This document shows, piece by piece, positions 27,888-37,000 of a stretch of DNA of 64,000 bases. The notes under the pieces are model-generated. The model was given only the letters and a program-made list of their open reading frames with translations. It made no database searches and was not told the origin of the DNA. The position numbers and the translations under genes were made by a program. Numbering within the stretch: position 1 is the first letter of the stretch; each line of letters opens with the position of its first letter. This DNA is from Sulfurimonadaceae bacterium (GTDB taxonomy: Bacteria > Campylobacterota > Campylobacteria > Campylobacterales > Sulfurimonadaceae), in contig JBNLFL010000016.1 of assembly GCA_050305515.1 (NCBI GenBank), positions 17,496 through 81,495 on the forward strand, given 5' to 3'.

Positions 27888-30800
27888 TTACTGCCGCTGC
27901 AGCTCTATGCTGATGGTGATGGTGTCATCCAGAGTGCTGCAGGTTTTTGTTTTCGGGTAGCTGCCTTTGAGGGTGTTGCCGCTGATCTTGCCGTTCCAGA
28001 TGCCGAGTCCGGGGATGGTGAATGTGTTTTTATCGGGGTAGACATAGGCGTAGTCGGAACTGTTGTAGGCGTCGAGATGGATGCGGCGCTGTCCGCAGTA
28101 GTGGCGGAAACCGTATGTGACGGTAGCATTGTATTTGAATTTTTGCAGGCTTTCAGGACCGACATAGTGGTCTTCGACGTTGATGGTAATGGGGAACTTC
28201 TCTGTGCCGCTCTCTACTGTTGTGACGGTCGCCGTTCCTTTAAATCGTGCCGGAAGCGCCATACCGGAGCTTGCTGCGCTGGTCTGTGTCACGCTACCTT
28301 TGGACTGCCAGGTTCCCTTGACATCATCATCAGTCCAGGTACCGCTGCCGCTGAGGTTACCTTTGGCATCTTTTTTGATGGTGCCTTTCCAGCTGAAAGT
28401 TCCACTGCTGCCACCGGCCTGTTTGAGGTCTATCTTACCGGTGTTGCTGATGTTTCCGGTGAAGGAACCGTAGTCATCTCCTTCGTAACGCACCGTCACC
28501 TTGCCATCTTTGGCAATCGTCATAGTAAAAGTGCCTGAAGCGAGTTTGATAATCCCGCCTGAGCCTTTCCAGCTTCCGGTCATGGTACCGCTGAAGGCAG
28601 TAGAACCCGAAGTGGTCGTTGTACCAGTGGTAATGGAGGTTCCTGAGAGTGTGTCCGTAGAGCCTACCGTTCCCGTGGCAGTCGTACCCGTTGTCGTGCT
28701 GCTGCCGCAATCGGCAACGACATCGGTCATACCGCGGTAATTGGAACCGGAATTGTTGGCCCAGGTCGAATTTTCCGAGTCGACAATCGTATAGGTTCCT
28801 GCCGGCAGGGAGATGTTGGGTGACGCCGTCCAGTAAGCGTTGGGAACGCCGCCCTGTCCGGGTTTACCTATCGTTGACCACGGACCATACATTTTACCCG
28901 AACTATCACGAACTCCAATAGTGCCGGGCTTGCTTCCTTTGGCATTGTTCCAGTGGTAGTTGGTGATGGAGACAAGTTTACATGTAGACTTGATGGTGAA
29001 CGTAGTGGGGTTTTTCGGATTGTTTTGTACGCCGGCAATGTTACCCGTATTTAAAATGGTCTGCGATCCAGTTGTGGTCGTAGTTCCTGACGATGTATCC
29101 GAAGAAGTTGATGCGGTACCCGATGGCGTCGAAGATGTATGGGATGTTGGCGTATGCGTGTCATCATTTGAATGCGACGAATACTGCTTGCTGACAAGAA
29201 TCTCTTTTTGTTTGTTCATACCCGAGTTGACCTGTTGGGTCATCTGTTCGTATCCGAAACTGTTGGAGGGCTCTTCAGGGGTGTTGTAGCTGTCAAAAGA
29301 GTTGCGGTCCCCGACAACCTGGTCTCTGCCACTGTCACGACCTGTAAAACGGTCTGTCAAAGAGAGCCCGGCAGCGGTCATCGCGGCGTCATCTTTTTTC
29401 TTCTGGGCTTCGCGATTGGCTTTCTGCTCGGCTGCCGCTACGGCGTCGGCATTTTTTTTCTTTTCCTGCAGTCTCACTCGTAACGATGCGATCAGCTGTG
29501 ATATATTCGGGTCCGGCCACTGCTTGACACTCGCTTCGAAAGATTCAAGAGCACTGGCAAGATCACTTTTGTCAAGCGCTGCCCATCCTTTTTTGTTGTA
29601 GTCTCCGGCTCTTTGCTGGCGTTTTAGCAGATCATCGAGTTTTCGTTGCACACTGGAATCGTCTTGAATCTGGAGACTTTTTTTATATGAGGAAATAGCT
29701 TCACTGAATTTGGAGTGTTCATTGAACGTATCTCCTTGCCGCGCCTCACTCTCAGCTTGTGAGACACGCTCTGCTACCTGTGGACGATACCCTGTTATGC
29801 CTTCTGTATGTTCTTCCCATTTAGGAAAGTTGTCTATAAGGCTTAAGGCTTTTTTGGGATCTCTGTTCTCGAGAAGCGCGCCAATCTCTTTGAATGTGTC
29901 TGTCGCTTTTTCCTGCATTTCAAGACTACGTTCATTATATATTGTTGAAAGTTCGTTCCAGCGAGGGTCTTCTGAGACAGGAAGTTGCCGTTGCGTCATT
30001 CTTTGTCGTATGGAGTCCATAGTGCTCATAGCACTTTTGAGTTTTCCCTCTTTAATCTGGGATTTGATGTTTGGAATGTCTTCTTGCAGTACTTTGTTCC
30101 ATGGTTCTTTCCATCGTTTATACTCTTCAAGACGTTTGGCGTTGTTGACAGCTCTGGGACCACCCACCAGATCAGACAACTCAATTGCTTTGATACCTGC
30201 ATTGAAATCACTGTTTTTAAGGACTTTGGATTGACCAGCATTGATAAGACGCGCTGTTAAAATAGATTGCATCGCTTGTTTGTCTTTTTCCAGCATCATG
30301 TCAGCGATGCGTTTGTAAATTTCACCCGCTTCAATCCAGAGATCTTCCCAGCCGTCGCGTTGAGGAAATATCAGGGAGTTGATTTTTTGAATATCTTCTT
30401 CAATACACTTCGCGTTTTCTTTTTGGACGACGATTTTCAGTTTCTGATAGACCAGTTCATCATTTTTACGCATCTCATCAAAAATTTTGAGATTCTCTTC
30501 ATAATTTTTCTGGTCAACATAATTTCTGCATCCCAGGAGCGCTTTTTTTGAAAACGGCATGGGTGCATACCATGATGTCAAAGGACCGGTTGCCATACAA
30601 GGCCCACCCTGATTCGTACCGGCATAGTAACCGCCCAATGAACCACCGGAACTTTTACAAAGACAGTTATAAAGTTTGTCAAAGTCACTCTTTCTTGAAG
30701 TCTGATTTCCCGAAGAAACCTGAGCGCTCGAAGACGCAGGGTTGTTCAAAACGGAGTTTTCATAACCTTTGAAGGTGAACCGCTTGCTCTCTTCATCCGC

Positions 30801-31472
30801 ATACGCCTTACGCAGTCTGTTCAGTGTATTTGGTATTTCGTCCCTGTCTTTTTTCAAGGAATCCATAGAGACTTTATGATCGTTTTTCAGAGCATTCAAA
30901 ACCTTCATCAGTTTAGAGTTTTTCTCCAGTTCTTTTAATTTTTTAAGTACGAAGCTTTGACTGTTCTTTCCACCAGAATTCACTCCGTCTACGATGTTCC
31001 AGTCCAAATTGGTTTGAACCAGATCTTTTGAGAGGGAAAAGGGTGTCACTCCCGGAATCAAAAATTTAATTTGCTCTTCGGTGACTTGTATCTGAAGCTC
31101 ATTGATTATTTTTGACCGGCTCTTCAATGACTGGTTGGCAAGGTACGCGTACAGGTCATTCGCGTCAAGATACTCTTTGCGACACTGTTCATAGTTGTCG
31201 TCAAAGAGTTTTTTGATCGCATTGTCATTGTTGGCTTGGGGAAATGCAGAAGGTTGCCCATACTCTTTAAGTGTGCGTGCACATTTTTCTACAAGCCTGA
31301 TACGTTCATCCATGGGCATACCTGGATGCGTTAGCGCTTTTTCTAAGCCTTCTTTTGCTTCATTCACCCATTGTTGTTGCGATTGATTCAAGACACGTGC
31401 ATCTGCATTTGAATAAAAACTGACTAGCATGAGAAGAATAACGGAAAAGTATTTGAGAAGAGAGGGTGCCAT
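27888..31472 (-). CDS. Large secreted modular protein (~1194 aa): helical/TPR-like N-terminal two-thirds, Ser/Thr-rich linkers, three beta-rich C-terminal modules
   Basis: Start set at the ATG at 31472 (AAGGAG 6 nt upstream), giving signal peptide MAPSLLKYFSVILLMLVSFYSNADA. Ser/Thr tracts include HTSSTPSGTASTSSDTSSGTTTTTGS and SSTTTGTTATGTVGSTDTLSGTSITTGTTTTSGS. The gene lies 12 nt upstream of the next giant gene. Confidence 0.7.
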   Translation of the reverse strand: MAPSLLKYFSVILLMLVSFYSNADARVLNQSQQQWVNEAKEGLEKALTHPGMPMDERIRLVEKCARTLKEYGQPSAFPQANNDNAIKKLFDDNYEQCRKEYLDANDLYAYLANQSLKSRSKIINELQIQVTEEQIKFLIPGVTPFSLSKDLVQTNLDWNIVDGVNSGGKNSQSFVLKKLKELEKNSKLMKVLNALKNDHKVSMDSLKKDRDEIPNTLNRLRKAYADEESKRFTFKGYENSVLNNPASSSAQVSSGNQTSRKSDFDKLYNCLCKSSGGSLGGYYAGTNQGGPCMATGPLTSWYAPMPFSKKALLGCRNYVDQKNYEENLKIFDEMRKNDELVYQKLKIVVQKENAKCIEEDIQKINSLIFPQRDGWEDLWIEAGEIYKRIADMMLEKDKQAMQSILTARLINAGQSKVLKNSDFNAGIKAIELSDLVGGPRAVNNAKRLEEYKRWKEPWNKVLQEDIPNIKSQIKEGKLKSAMSTMDSIRQRMTQRQLPVSEDPRWNELSTIYNERSLEMQEKATDTFKEIGALLENRDPKKALSLIDNFPKWEEHTEGITGYRPQVAERVSQAESEARQGDTFNEHSKFSEAISSYKKSLQIQDDSSVQRKLDDLLKRQQRAGDYNKKGWAALDKSDLASALESFEASVKQWPDPNISQLIASLRVRLQEKKKNADAVAAAEQKANREAQKKKDDAAMTAAGLSLTDRFTGRDSGRDQVVGDRNSFDSYNTPEEPSNSFGYEQMTQQVNSGMNKQKEILVSKQYSSHSNDDTHTPTSHTSSTPSGTASTSSDTSSGTTTTTGSQTILNTGNIAGVQNNPKNPTTFTIKSTCKLVSITNYHWNNAKGSKPGTIGVRDSSGKMYGPWSTIGKPGQGGVPNAYWTASPNISLPAGTYTIVDSENSTWANNSGSNYRGMTDVVADCGSSTTTGTTATGTVGSTDTLSGTSITTGTTTTSGSTAFSGTMTGSWKGSGGIIKLASGTFTMTIAKDGKVTVRYEGDDYGSFTGNISNTGKIDLKQAGGSSGTFSWKGTIKKDAKGNLSGSGTWTDDDVKGTWQSKGSVTQTSAASSGMALPARFKGTATVTTVESGTEKFPITINVEDHYVGPESLQKFKYNATVTYGFRHYCGQRRIHLDAYNSSDYAYVYPDKNTFTIPGLGIWNGKISGNTLKGSYPKTKTCSTLDDTITISIELQRQ

Positions 31473-31495
31473 AACATGCTCCTTAGTCAAGGTAA

Positions 31496-31527
31496 GATCT
31501 GAATGCTTACATGTAAGCATTCAGATC
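31496..31527. promoter_or_regulatory. 32-bp perfect palindrome (potential 16-bp-stem hairpin or operator) between the csgG-like gene and the first giant gene
   Basis: GATCTGAATGCTTACATGTAAGCATTCAGATC equals its own reverse complement, checked base by base. It is centred on the TTACATGTAA motif and lies 24 nt upstream of the corrected start at 31472. Confidence 0.6.
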
Positions 31528-31557
31528 ATAGCTTGGGGAGCGGGAAGCTCCCGAAAG

Positions 31558-32307
31558 TTATTTCTTGTAGTACTGCTTCGGCGTTTTGACGATCAGCTGA
31601 TTGACCGCCTGGTCGATACAGGCGCGAATCGCTTTTTCCATCGGGGTGTTGGTGTATTTGCCCAAAGAGACGGGCAGGGCGCCTTCGCCTCTGCCGAGGG
31701 TGGTTCCCACATTGGCGTTATAGTCGGTGGTTTTGCCCTCAACCCGCGTGGCGAAGACGACGCGGCCCGATTTCATGTCGGTGGCGCGCATGTCGATGGC
31801 GACATGCGAGTTTTTGCTTCCGCCGCCCATGGAGAGCGGCAGCTGTCCCGAAAAGAGCGAAATCCCCATACCGCCGCTGTCGGCTTCAAATTCGGAGACG
31901 ACACCGTAGATGTAAAGCTCCGCTCCTTCAATGTGACCGCGTGAAGGTCCCGTACCCTCTTCGGCGCGGCGGCTGGCACTGAGGTCCTGTTCGAGCATCA
32001 TATCTTTCATGGCCTGACGGTCAAGGACAATAAAGTGGTTGGAGTCAAAGAGCGAGGTCATAAGCATTTCGCGCAGACCGTCACCGATTTCGCGCGTGGC
32101 ACCGGCGGCCTTGACCTGAAAGTCGCCCACTGCCACGTTGACTTTGGGACCGTTGTACTCCTGACGCTGCGCTTCATAGACGTCCATGCCCTGATTGTGC
32201 GTCGCCTGTGTCTGTGTGGGAACCTCAGGTCCCCCGCCGCCGCAGCCCGAGAGCAGCAGCATGGCTGCTGAGGCTGCGGCGATACCCAGTGATGTAATGC
32301 GTAACAT
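31558..32307 (-). CDS. CsgG-family lipoprotein (curli-type secretion-channel family)
   Basis: Lipobox LLLSGC. By eye it aligns to E. coli CsgG blocks: VNVAVGDFQVK...IGDGLREMLMTSLFDSNHFIVLDRQAMKDMMLEQDL versus IFVSVYNIQDE...ATAMLVTALKDSRWFIPLERQGLQNLLNERKI. A further block is AELYIYGVVSEFEADSGGMG...VAIDMRATDMKSGRVV. At 249 aa the size fits. Confidence 0.8.
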   Translation of the reverse strand: MLRITSLGIAAASAAMLLLSGCGGGGPEVPTQTQATHNQGMDVYEAQRQEYNGPKVNVAVGDFQVKAAGATREIGDGLREMLMTSLFDSNHFIVLDRQAMKDMMLEQDLSASRRAEEGTGPSRGHIEGAELYIYGVVSEFEADSGGMGISLFSGQLPLSMGGGSKNSHVAIDMRATDMKSGRVVFATRVEGKTTDYNANVGTTLGRGEGALPVSLGKYTNTPMEKAIRACIDQAVNQLIVKTPKQYYKK

Positions 32308-32320
32308 GACCGATCCTTTT

Positions 32321-33154
32321 TTAGTTGAAGAAGCCCATGGCTTTGACGTAGATCATAAAGGTTTTATCCAGATCACTGCCGTCATAGGAATCGATAAGCG
32401 GAATTTTGATGCCACTTGAGAGCGGAATGCCCGGAACAATATTGGTGCTGCTCAGTTCCGCCCAGAGGTCGGCAACACTCAGTTTGTCTTCCATGAAATA
32501 GGTGAATTTCACATTGGCGACCGCAACATTGGGAAGCAGTCCCATATGCGAGATGCCGCCCATTAAAGCGATGGAATCATCATAATCATCATCCATATAA
32601 TGTGTGTAATTCAACAAACCGTGGACACGCAGCTCCTGATTGAGGTCTTTAGCCAGAGCATGGGTCAGGACAATGGCTCCGGAACCCGTTCCCAGTCCAT
32701 TGTCTTCATCCCCGGTCGAAGCGATGTAGCGCAGTGTAGAGATGTTGACACCGTATTCGCTCTCTAAAGTACCGAAGTGGTAGTTGGCCGATGTGGAGAT
32801 ATCGCCGATACCCATTTCATCGCTCTCGCCGTTGCGGACAATCGGCAGGCGGACATCAAAACCGAGATTGCCTGTCGGGTTGTAACGGGGCACGACATCG
32901 ACATAATGGATGTCGCTGCCGATGCTGAGTGTGCCGTCAACTGCCATGGCACCTTCACCTTTCGTTGCAAAATCGATCTGGTTGGTATGGTCAATGACAT
33001 CGTTTTTGAAAGTCTGCATGGTTGCCAGCTCACTCGTACCCATGGCTGTTGGACAGTGTTCAACCCATGTACCGTTGATAAATTCCCAATGACATCCCGC
33101 ACTTGCCAGCAGTGCGCTGGCACTTAACGCCAGTGATAGAAGAACCTTTTTCAT
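32321..33154 (-). CDS. Putative outer-membrane beta-barrel protein (277 aa)
   Basis: Signal peptide MKKVLLSLALSASALLASA. Alternating hydrophobic beta-strand pattern, Asp/Gly-rich loops, and a C-terminal aromatic-rich end (YVKAMGFFN). Its stop lies 13 nt upstream of the csgG-like start. The family (possibly MetA-pathway/transporter-like barrel) is not established. Confidence 0.6.
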   Translation of the reverse strand: MKKVLLSLALSASALLASAGCHWEFINGTWVEHCPTAMGTSELATMQTFKNDVIDHTNQIDFATKGEGAMAVDGTLSIGSDIHYVDVVPRYNPTGNLGFDVRLPIVRNGESDEMGIGDISTSANYHFGTLESEYGVNISTLRYIASTGDEDNGLGTGSGAIVLTHALAKDLNQELRVHGLLNYTHYMDDDYDDSIALMGGISHMGLLPNVAVANVKFTYFMEDKLSVADLWAELSSTNIVPGIPLSSGIKIPLIDSYDGSDLDKTFMIYVKAMGFFN

Positions 33155-33258
33155 AACATACTCCTTAACTTGTTCTTATGATCATTATATACCCGGGAGT
33201 ATTAAAAGATTGCTGAATGTGAAAAAAAATTGTGAAACAGATTTGTTACATGTAACAC

Positions 33259-34803
33259 TCAGCGATACAACAGGCGTATGACACCGAGGAGAAACAGTAC
33301 AAGTGCGACTTCCTTTAACGAAGGATCGTAAAGAAGTGTAAAAAGGCTTGCAAAAAGTAGTACGAAGCCGGTAATAACCGGCTTGAGTGCTTCATCAAAA
33401 CTCTTTTGAAGCCAGCTCAACTGCAATCGCGAGAGTTCGACTTCGAGGCTGCCTTCACTGGCACGGTGCAGCGTCTGGCGCAGTGCCTTGATGTCCATCG
33501 GCAGCGCCTTGAACTCATCAATGAGCGTTTCGACAATGCTCTCCTTGGCTCCGAGTGCGCGGGGAATATTGCGCTGCAAAATGGGCAGGATGTCCTTGAT
33601 ACCGTTAAAGTTTTCGATGTAGGTCGTCCCCAGCCCTTCGATGATGGCACTCACACGCAGAATGTAGATGGCTTCCTGCGGCAGCTTGAAGGGTAGGGTG
33701 CGGGTCTGCTCCATCACTTCAAAGGCAAGCTGCTGCATGCTTCCCGCACTGAGATGGTCGTTGTCGAAGATATCGAACATTCGTTCCGTAAACTCGGCGA
33801 GCTCTGCTTCGGGCGCTTCGTAACTGACCGTACCCATGCGTTTGCTGGCACTTACGTAACGCTCGAAATTACGCTCGTGGGCGGCCTGAATCATCTCGAT
33901 GATGGCAACGCGCAGATGTTCGGGAACCCGCTTGACCATGCCGAAATCAAGCAGTATGAGATTTCCCTCGGGCGAGACCAGAAGGTTTCCCGGATGCGGG
34001 TCGGCATGGAAAAAGCCGCGAACGAGCATCTGTTCGGTGTAAAAGCGTACCAGCTGGTCGATGAGCGGATGAAAATCGATGCCGAGACGTCGCAGCGCTT
34101 CCTTGTCATCGAAACGCACGCCGGTCTCAAAGCTCATGACCAACGCGTCATCGCAGCTGTATGCATCAAACGGTTCCGGAAAGCGTACGCCAGAATCGGC
34201 ATAGACCGTTGCGAATTTTTTCAGGTTGGCGCGTTCCTGATTGAGGCTGACTTCCTGAAGAATCATGGTACCGAACTCGGCAATCAGCGCTTCGATGGAG
34301 TGTTTGGTGTAGTGTGAGAAGAGCGGTCGGAAAAGGGCATTGAAAAAACGGACGATGTACATGTCGGCGCGCACCTGACGCTCGATTCCCAAACGGCGCA
34401 GTTTGACAGCGACACGGGTGCCCTCATGCAGCGTCGCTTCATGCACCTGTCCGATGGACGCCGATGCCAGCGCACTTTGGTTGAAAGAAGCAAAAGGCTT
34501 TTTTTCTGAAAATGCCGCAGTAAAGACCTGCTGAAAATCTGCCTTGCTCATGGGTGGAAGCTCGTCATGCAGGCTTTTGAGCGCGTACATGTAATCACTG
34601 CTGAAAAAATCCGAACGGGTGGCGAGCACCTGTGCCAGTTTGATAAAACTGGCCCCGAGGGTTATGACCGCATCACGCAGCGCTTCGGGTGAAAGCGGGG
34701 TGAAGAAAAGGAGCCGGGGACGCTTTCGCATGAGAAGATAGAGCGAGAGCAGAAAACGGAAAACGCGCCAGATGCGCGAGGGTGCGTAAGGGTTTCTTCT
34801 CAC
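33259..34803 (-). CDS. ubiB: UbiB/ABC1-family atypical kinase (quinone biosynthesis-associated)
   Basis: 514 aa. ABC1 domain motifs (ASASIGQVHEATL, VAVKLRRLGI, HADPHPGNLLV, ILLDFGMV) and C-terminal TM helices. GTG start overlaps the upstream ORF stop. Confidence 0.88.
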   Translation of the reverse strand: MRRNPYAPSRIWRVFRFLLSLYLLMRKRPRLLFFTPLSPEALRDAVITLGASFIKLAQVLATRSDFFSSDYMYALKSLHDELPPMSKADFQQVFTAAFSEKKPFASFNQSALASASIGQVHEATLHEGTRVAVKLRRLGIERQVRADMYIVRFFNALFRPLFSHYTKHSIEALIAEFGTMILQEVSLNQERANLKKFATVYADSGVRFPEPFDAYSCDDALVMSFETGVRFDDKEALRRLGIDFHPLIDQLVRFYTEQMLVRGFFHADPHPGNLLVSPEGNLILLDFGMVKRVPEHLRVAIIEMIQAAHERNFERYVSASKRMGTVSYEAPEAELAEFTERMFDIFDNDHLSAGSMQQLAFEVMEQTRTLPFKLPQEAIYILRVSAIIEGLGTTYIENFNGIKDILPILQRNIPRALGAKESIVETLIDEFKALPMDIKALRQTLHRASEGSLEVELSRLQLSWLQKSFDEALKPVITGFVLLFASLFTLLYDPSLKEVALVLFLLGVIRLLYR

Positions 34804-35063
34804 TTGAGTTCGGATTTAAGCGCCTCGATATCTGCTTTGGTGGCAAGCCCAAGTTCGTCGATGACCTCTTTCAACGCTTCTTTGAGTTTCAGTTTCAAAC
34901 GCTCCTCTTCCGCTTCTCCGTGACTTTTGAGCCGTTCGAGAAATGCCTCACCGTCGCTTTTTGCAAGTTTGCCCTGATCTTCCAGACGTTTGAGCTCCTC
35001 TTCGACACGGTCTTTGATAAGCAGTGCGCCGCCGAGTGTGGTGTAAAGTGCTTCTTTAAACAT
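34800..35063 (-). CDS. Small coiled-coil protein (phasin-like / COG3937-like), 87 aa
   Basis: Highly charged helical sequence. Translationally coupled to ubiB (GTGA overlap) and located between the ubiD-family and ubiB genes. Confidence 0.55.
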   Translation of the reverse strand: MFKEALYTTLGGALLIKDRVEEELKRLEDQGKLAKSDGEAFLERLKSHGEAEEERLKLKLKEALKEVIDELGLATKADIEALKSELK

Positions 35064-35176
35064 GGATGCCTCCTTTGGGTATGGGTTCTAAAAGCGATTG
35101 TACAGAATTGGAAACAATATTGGTAGTGGCGTGGTGTCGATCTATCGGGCAAAACGCCCGAAAAGCGTTTTGGAAG

Positions 35177-37000
35177 TCAGATGATCTGGAATTTTTCGAG
35201 AAATGCCGCATCGGCATCGATAATGCCGCGAGTGTTCAGCGAGGCGATGACATCGCTATCGCAGACGACATCACCCGGCCATTCGCGCTCAAAGCCGTCA
35301 ATGGCGCTTTTGTTGGTGGCATCAATGCCCAGAGCGTGCTCGCGCCAGATATCGCGCATGGCGTCGATATTGTTGACCGTACGCCAGATAAGCATGTAGG
35401 GGTTCTCCACGCTGTTGCGCTGCTCATCCACAAAGACGACAATACGCAAATGTTCCGCAAGCGGTGCGAGTGCATCGTAGAGCTCTTTGGCCGGAGCGTC
35501 TTTGGAAAACTGCATGACGGTGATGGGGTTGGCGGTATGGGTCATGTACTGCTTCAGCGCTACGATGCGCACATCAAGTGCGCGGGCTTTTTCCAGAAGT
35601 TCTTTATCACCGAGAAGCTTACATGTAAACTCCTGAGCGGCTCCCGTGGCGTCAATACCCAGTTTGCCGCCGATGAGCTCTTCGTCGGCAGAGTGATCAA
35701 GCGCATCGACGATGCCTTCGGTAATGAGCAGGGATTTGAAATTCATGTGATTCAGAATATGTTCGGTGATCGCTTCGTAGTCGGCCAGGGCGGGCGCGCT
35801 CTCATCCACGAATATGGCGTGTTTGACAAAGCTCATCTGCCCCACGCCCCAGAAGGCGTGCATCAGCTGTTTGGCATGCCCTTTGAAATGGGGTTTGATC
35901 TTGGCAAGAATAAGGTTGTGAAAGACCCCGTTTTCGGGCATGTGGTAATCCACAAGATCGGGCGCGGTGGTCTGAAGCAGCGGCAGAAAAATACGCTCGG
36001 TTCCCCACCCCATAAACTTGTCTTCAAGCGGCGGTTTTCCAACGACCGTGGCCTGATAGATCGGGTTTTCTCTGGTGGTGATGGCGCTTACATGTAAGAG
36101 CGGGTAGGGCTCTTTGAGGGTGTAGTAACCGGTGTGGTCGCCAAAGGGCCCTTCAATGCGCATTTCGCTCGGATCGACCTCGCCCTCGATGATGATGTCG
36201 GCATCTTCGGGCACGTAGATGTCATTGGTGAGCGACTTCACCAGCCGCGCATTCTGACGGCGTACAAACCCGTAAAGCAGCAGTTCGAACATGCCATAAG
36301 GCATGGGGGCCTGACCGCACCAGATGTAGAGCGGATCGCCCCCGATGGCGACGGAAACGGGCATCTTTTTACCCGCCTTCTGGTACTGATCGAAAAAGTG
36401 CGAAGAGTCTTTATGGATCTGCCAGTGCATGCCCAGCGTGTTGTCCTCATACTGCTGCAGGCGGTACATGCCGAGATTCTGGAGTTTGCCATCAAGGCTC
36501 TGGGTGTAGACCTGACCCATGGTGATAAACGGCCCGCCGTCCTCGCTCCATGTGGTGAGGATGGGCAGGCGGTTCAGGTCGGCATTTTTGCCAAGGTACT
36601 GGCGCGCCTGACACGCTCCTTCGCCTTTTAAGCGTTTGGGCGGGACGCTTTTAAGCCCCAGCAGCTTTCCGGCAAACGAAAGCTTGTTCATAAACCCTTC
36701 GGGCGGCTTCATGTGCAGCAGTTCGCGGATCTCGGCGGCCAGATCGTCGGGATGGCGTCCGAAAAGCCACTCGGTAATCTCAAAGTTGGCGAACATGTTC
36801 ATGACGACGGGCATGTCGTATTCGATTCCTTTGGCCCTGTTGATCGGCCGGGTAAAAAGCAGTACTTTGGAGTCGGGTTTTTTGACCTCCACGTAGGCGA
36901 CGTGGGGAATCTCCAGATAGACGTCGAGGGGTTCGTCAATGGTCTTGAGCCACCCTTTGGCCTCAAGCGCTTCAAGGGTGCGTTTCATGTCGCTCATCAT
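35177..37000 (-). CDS. UbiD-family (prenylated-FMN dependent) decarboxylase, quinone biosynthesis type
   Basis: 607 aa. It has typical UbiD blocks (GGPFITMGQVYT, MYRLQ, GGDP, EGPFGDHTGYY). Two adjacent ATG codons at 37000 and 36997 both follow TAAGGAAA. Confidence 0.9.
   Translation of the reverse strand: MMSDMKRTLEALEAKGWLKTIDEPLDVYLEIPHVAYVEVKKPDSKVLLFTRPINRAKGIEYDMPVVMNMFANFEITEWLFGRHPDDLAAEIRELLHMKPPEGFMNKLSFAGKLLGLKSVPPKRLKGEGACQARQYLGKNADLNRLPILTTWSEDGGPFITMGQVYTQSLDGKLQNLGMYRLQQYEDNTLGMHWQIHKDSSHFFDQYQKAGKKMPVSVAIGGDPLYIWCGQAPMPYGMFELLLYGFVRRQNARLVKSLTNDIYVPEDADIIIEGEVDPSEMRIEGPFGDHTGYYTLKEPYPLLHVSAITTRENPIYQATVVGKPPLEDKFMGWGTERIFLPLLQTTAPDLVDYHMPENGVFHNLILAKIKPHFKGHAKQLMHAFWGVGQMSFVKHAIFVDESAPALADYEAITEHILNHMNFKSLLITEGIVDALDHSADEELIGGKLGIDATGAAQEFTCKLLGDKELLEKARALDVRIVALKQYMTHTANPITVMQFSKDAPAKELYDALAPLAEHLRIVVFVDEQRNSVENPYMLIWRTVNNIDAMRDIWREHALGIDATNKSAIDGFEREWPGDVVCDSDVIASLNTRGIIDADAAFLEKFQII

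Noticed and set aside
26769-28538. 257-aa and 317-aa plus-strand ORFs inside the giant-gene region
   Set aside because: Both lie antisense to the long minus-strand ORFs, which have signal peptides and consistent composition. The plus-strand translations are Gly/Val/Ala-rich mirrors of the Ser/Thr tracts.
35066-36097. 343-aa plus-strand ORF overlapping the UbiD-family gene
   Set aside because: The minus-strand product carries the canonical UbiD motifs over its full length. The plus-strand ORF has no recognisable features.
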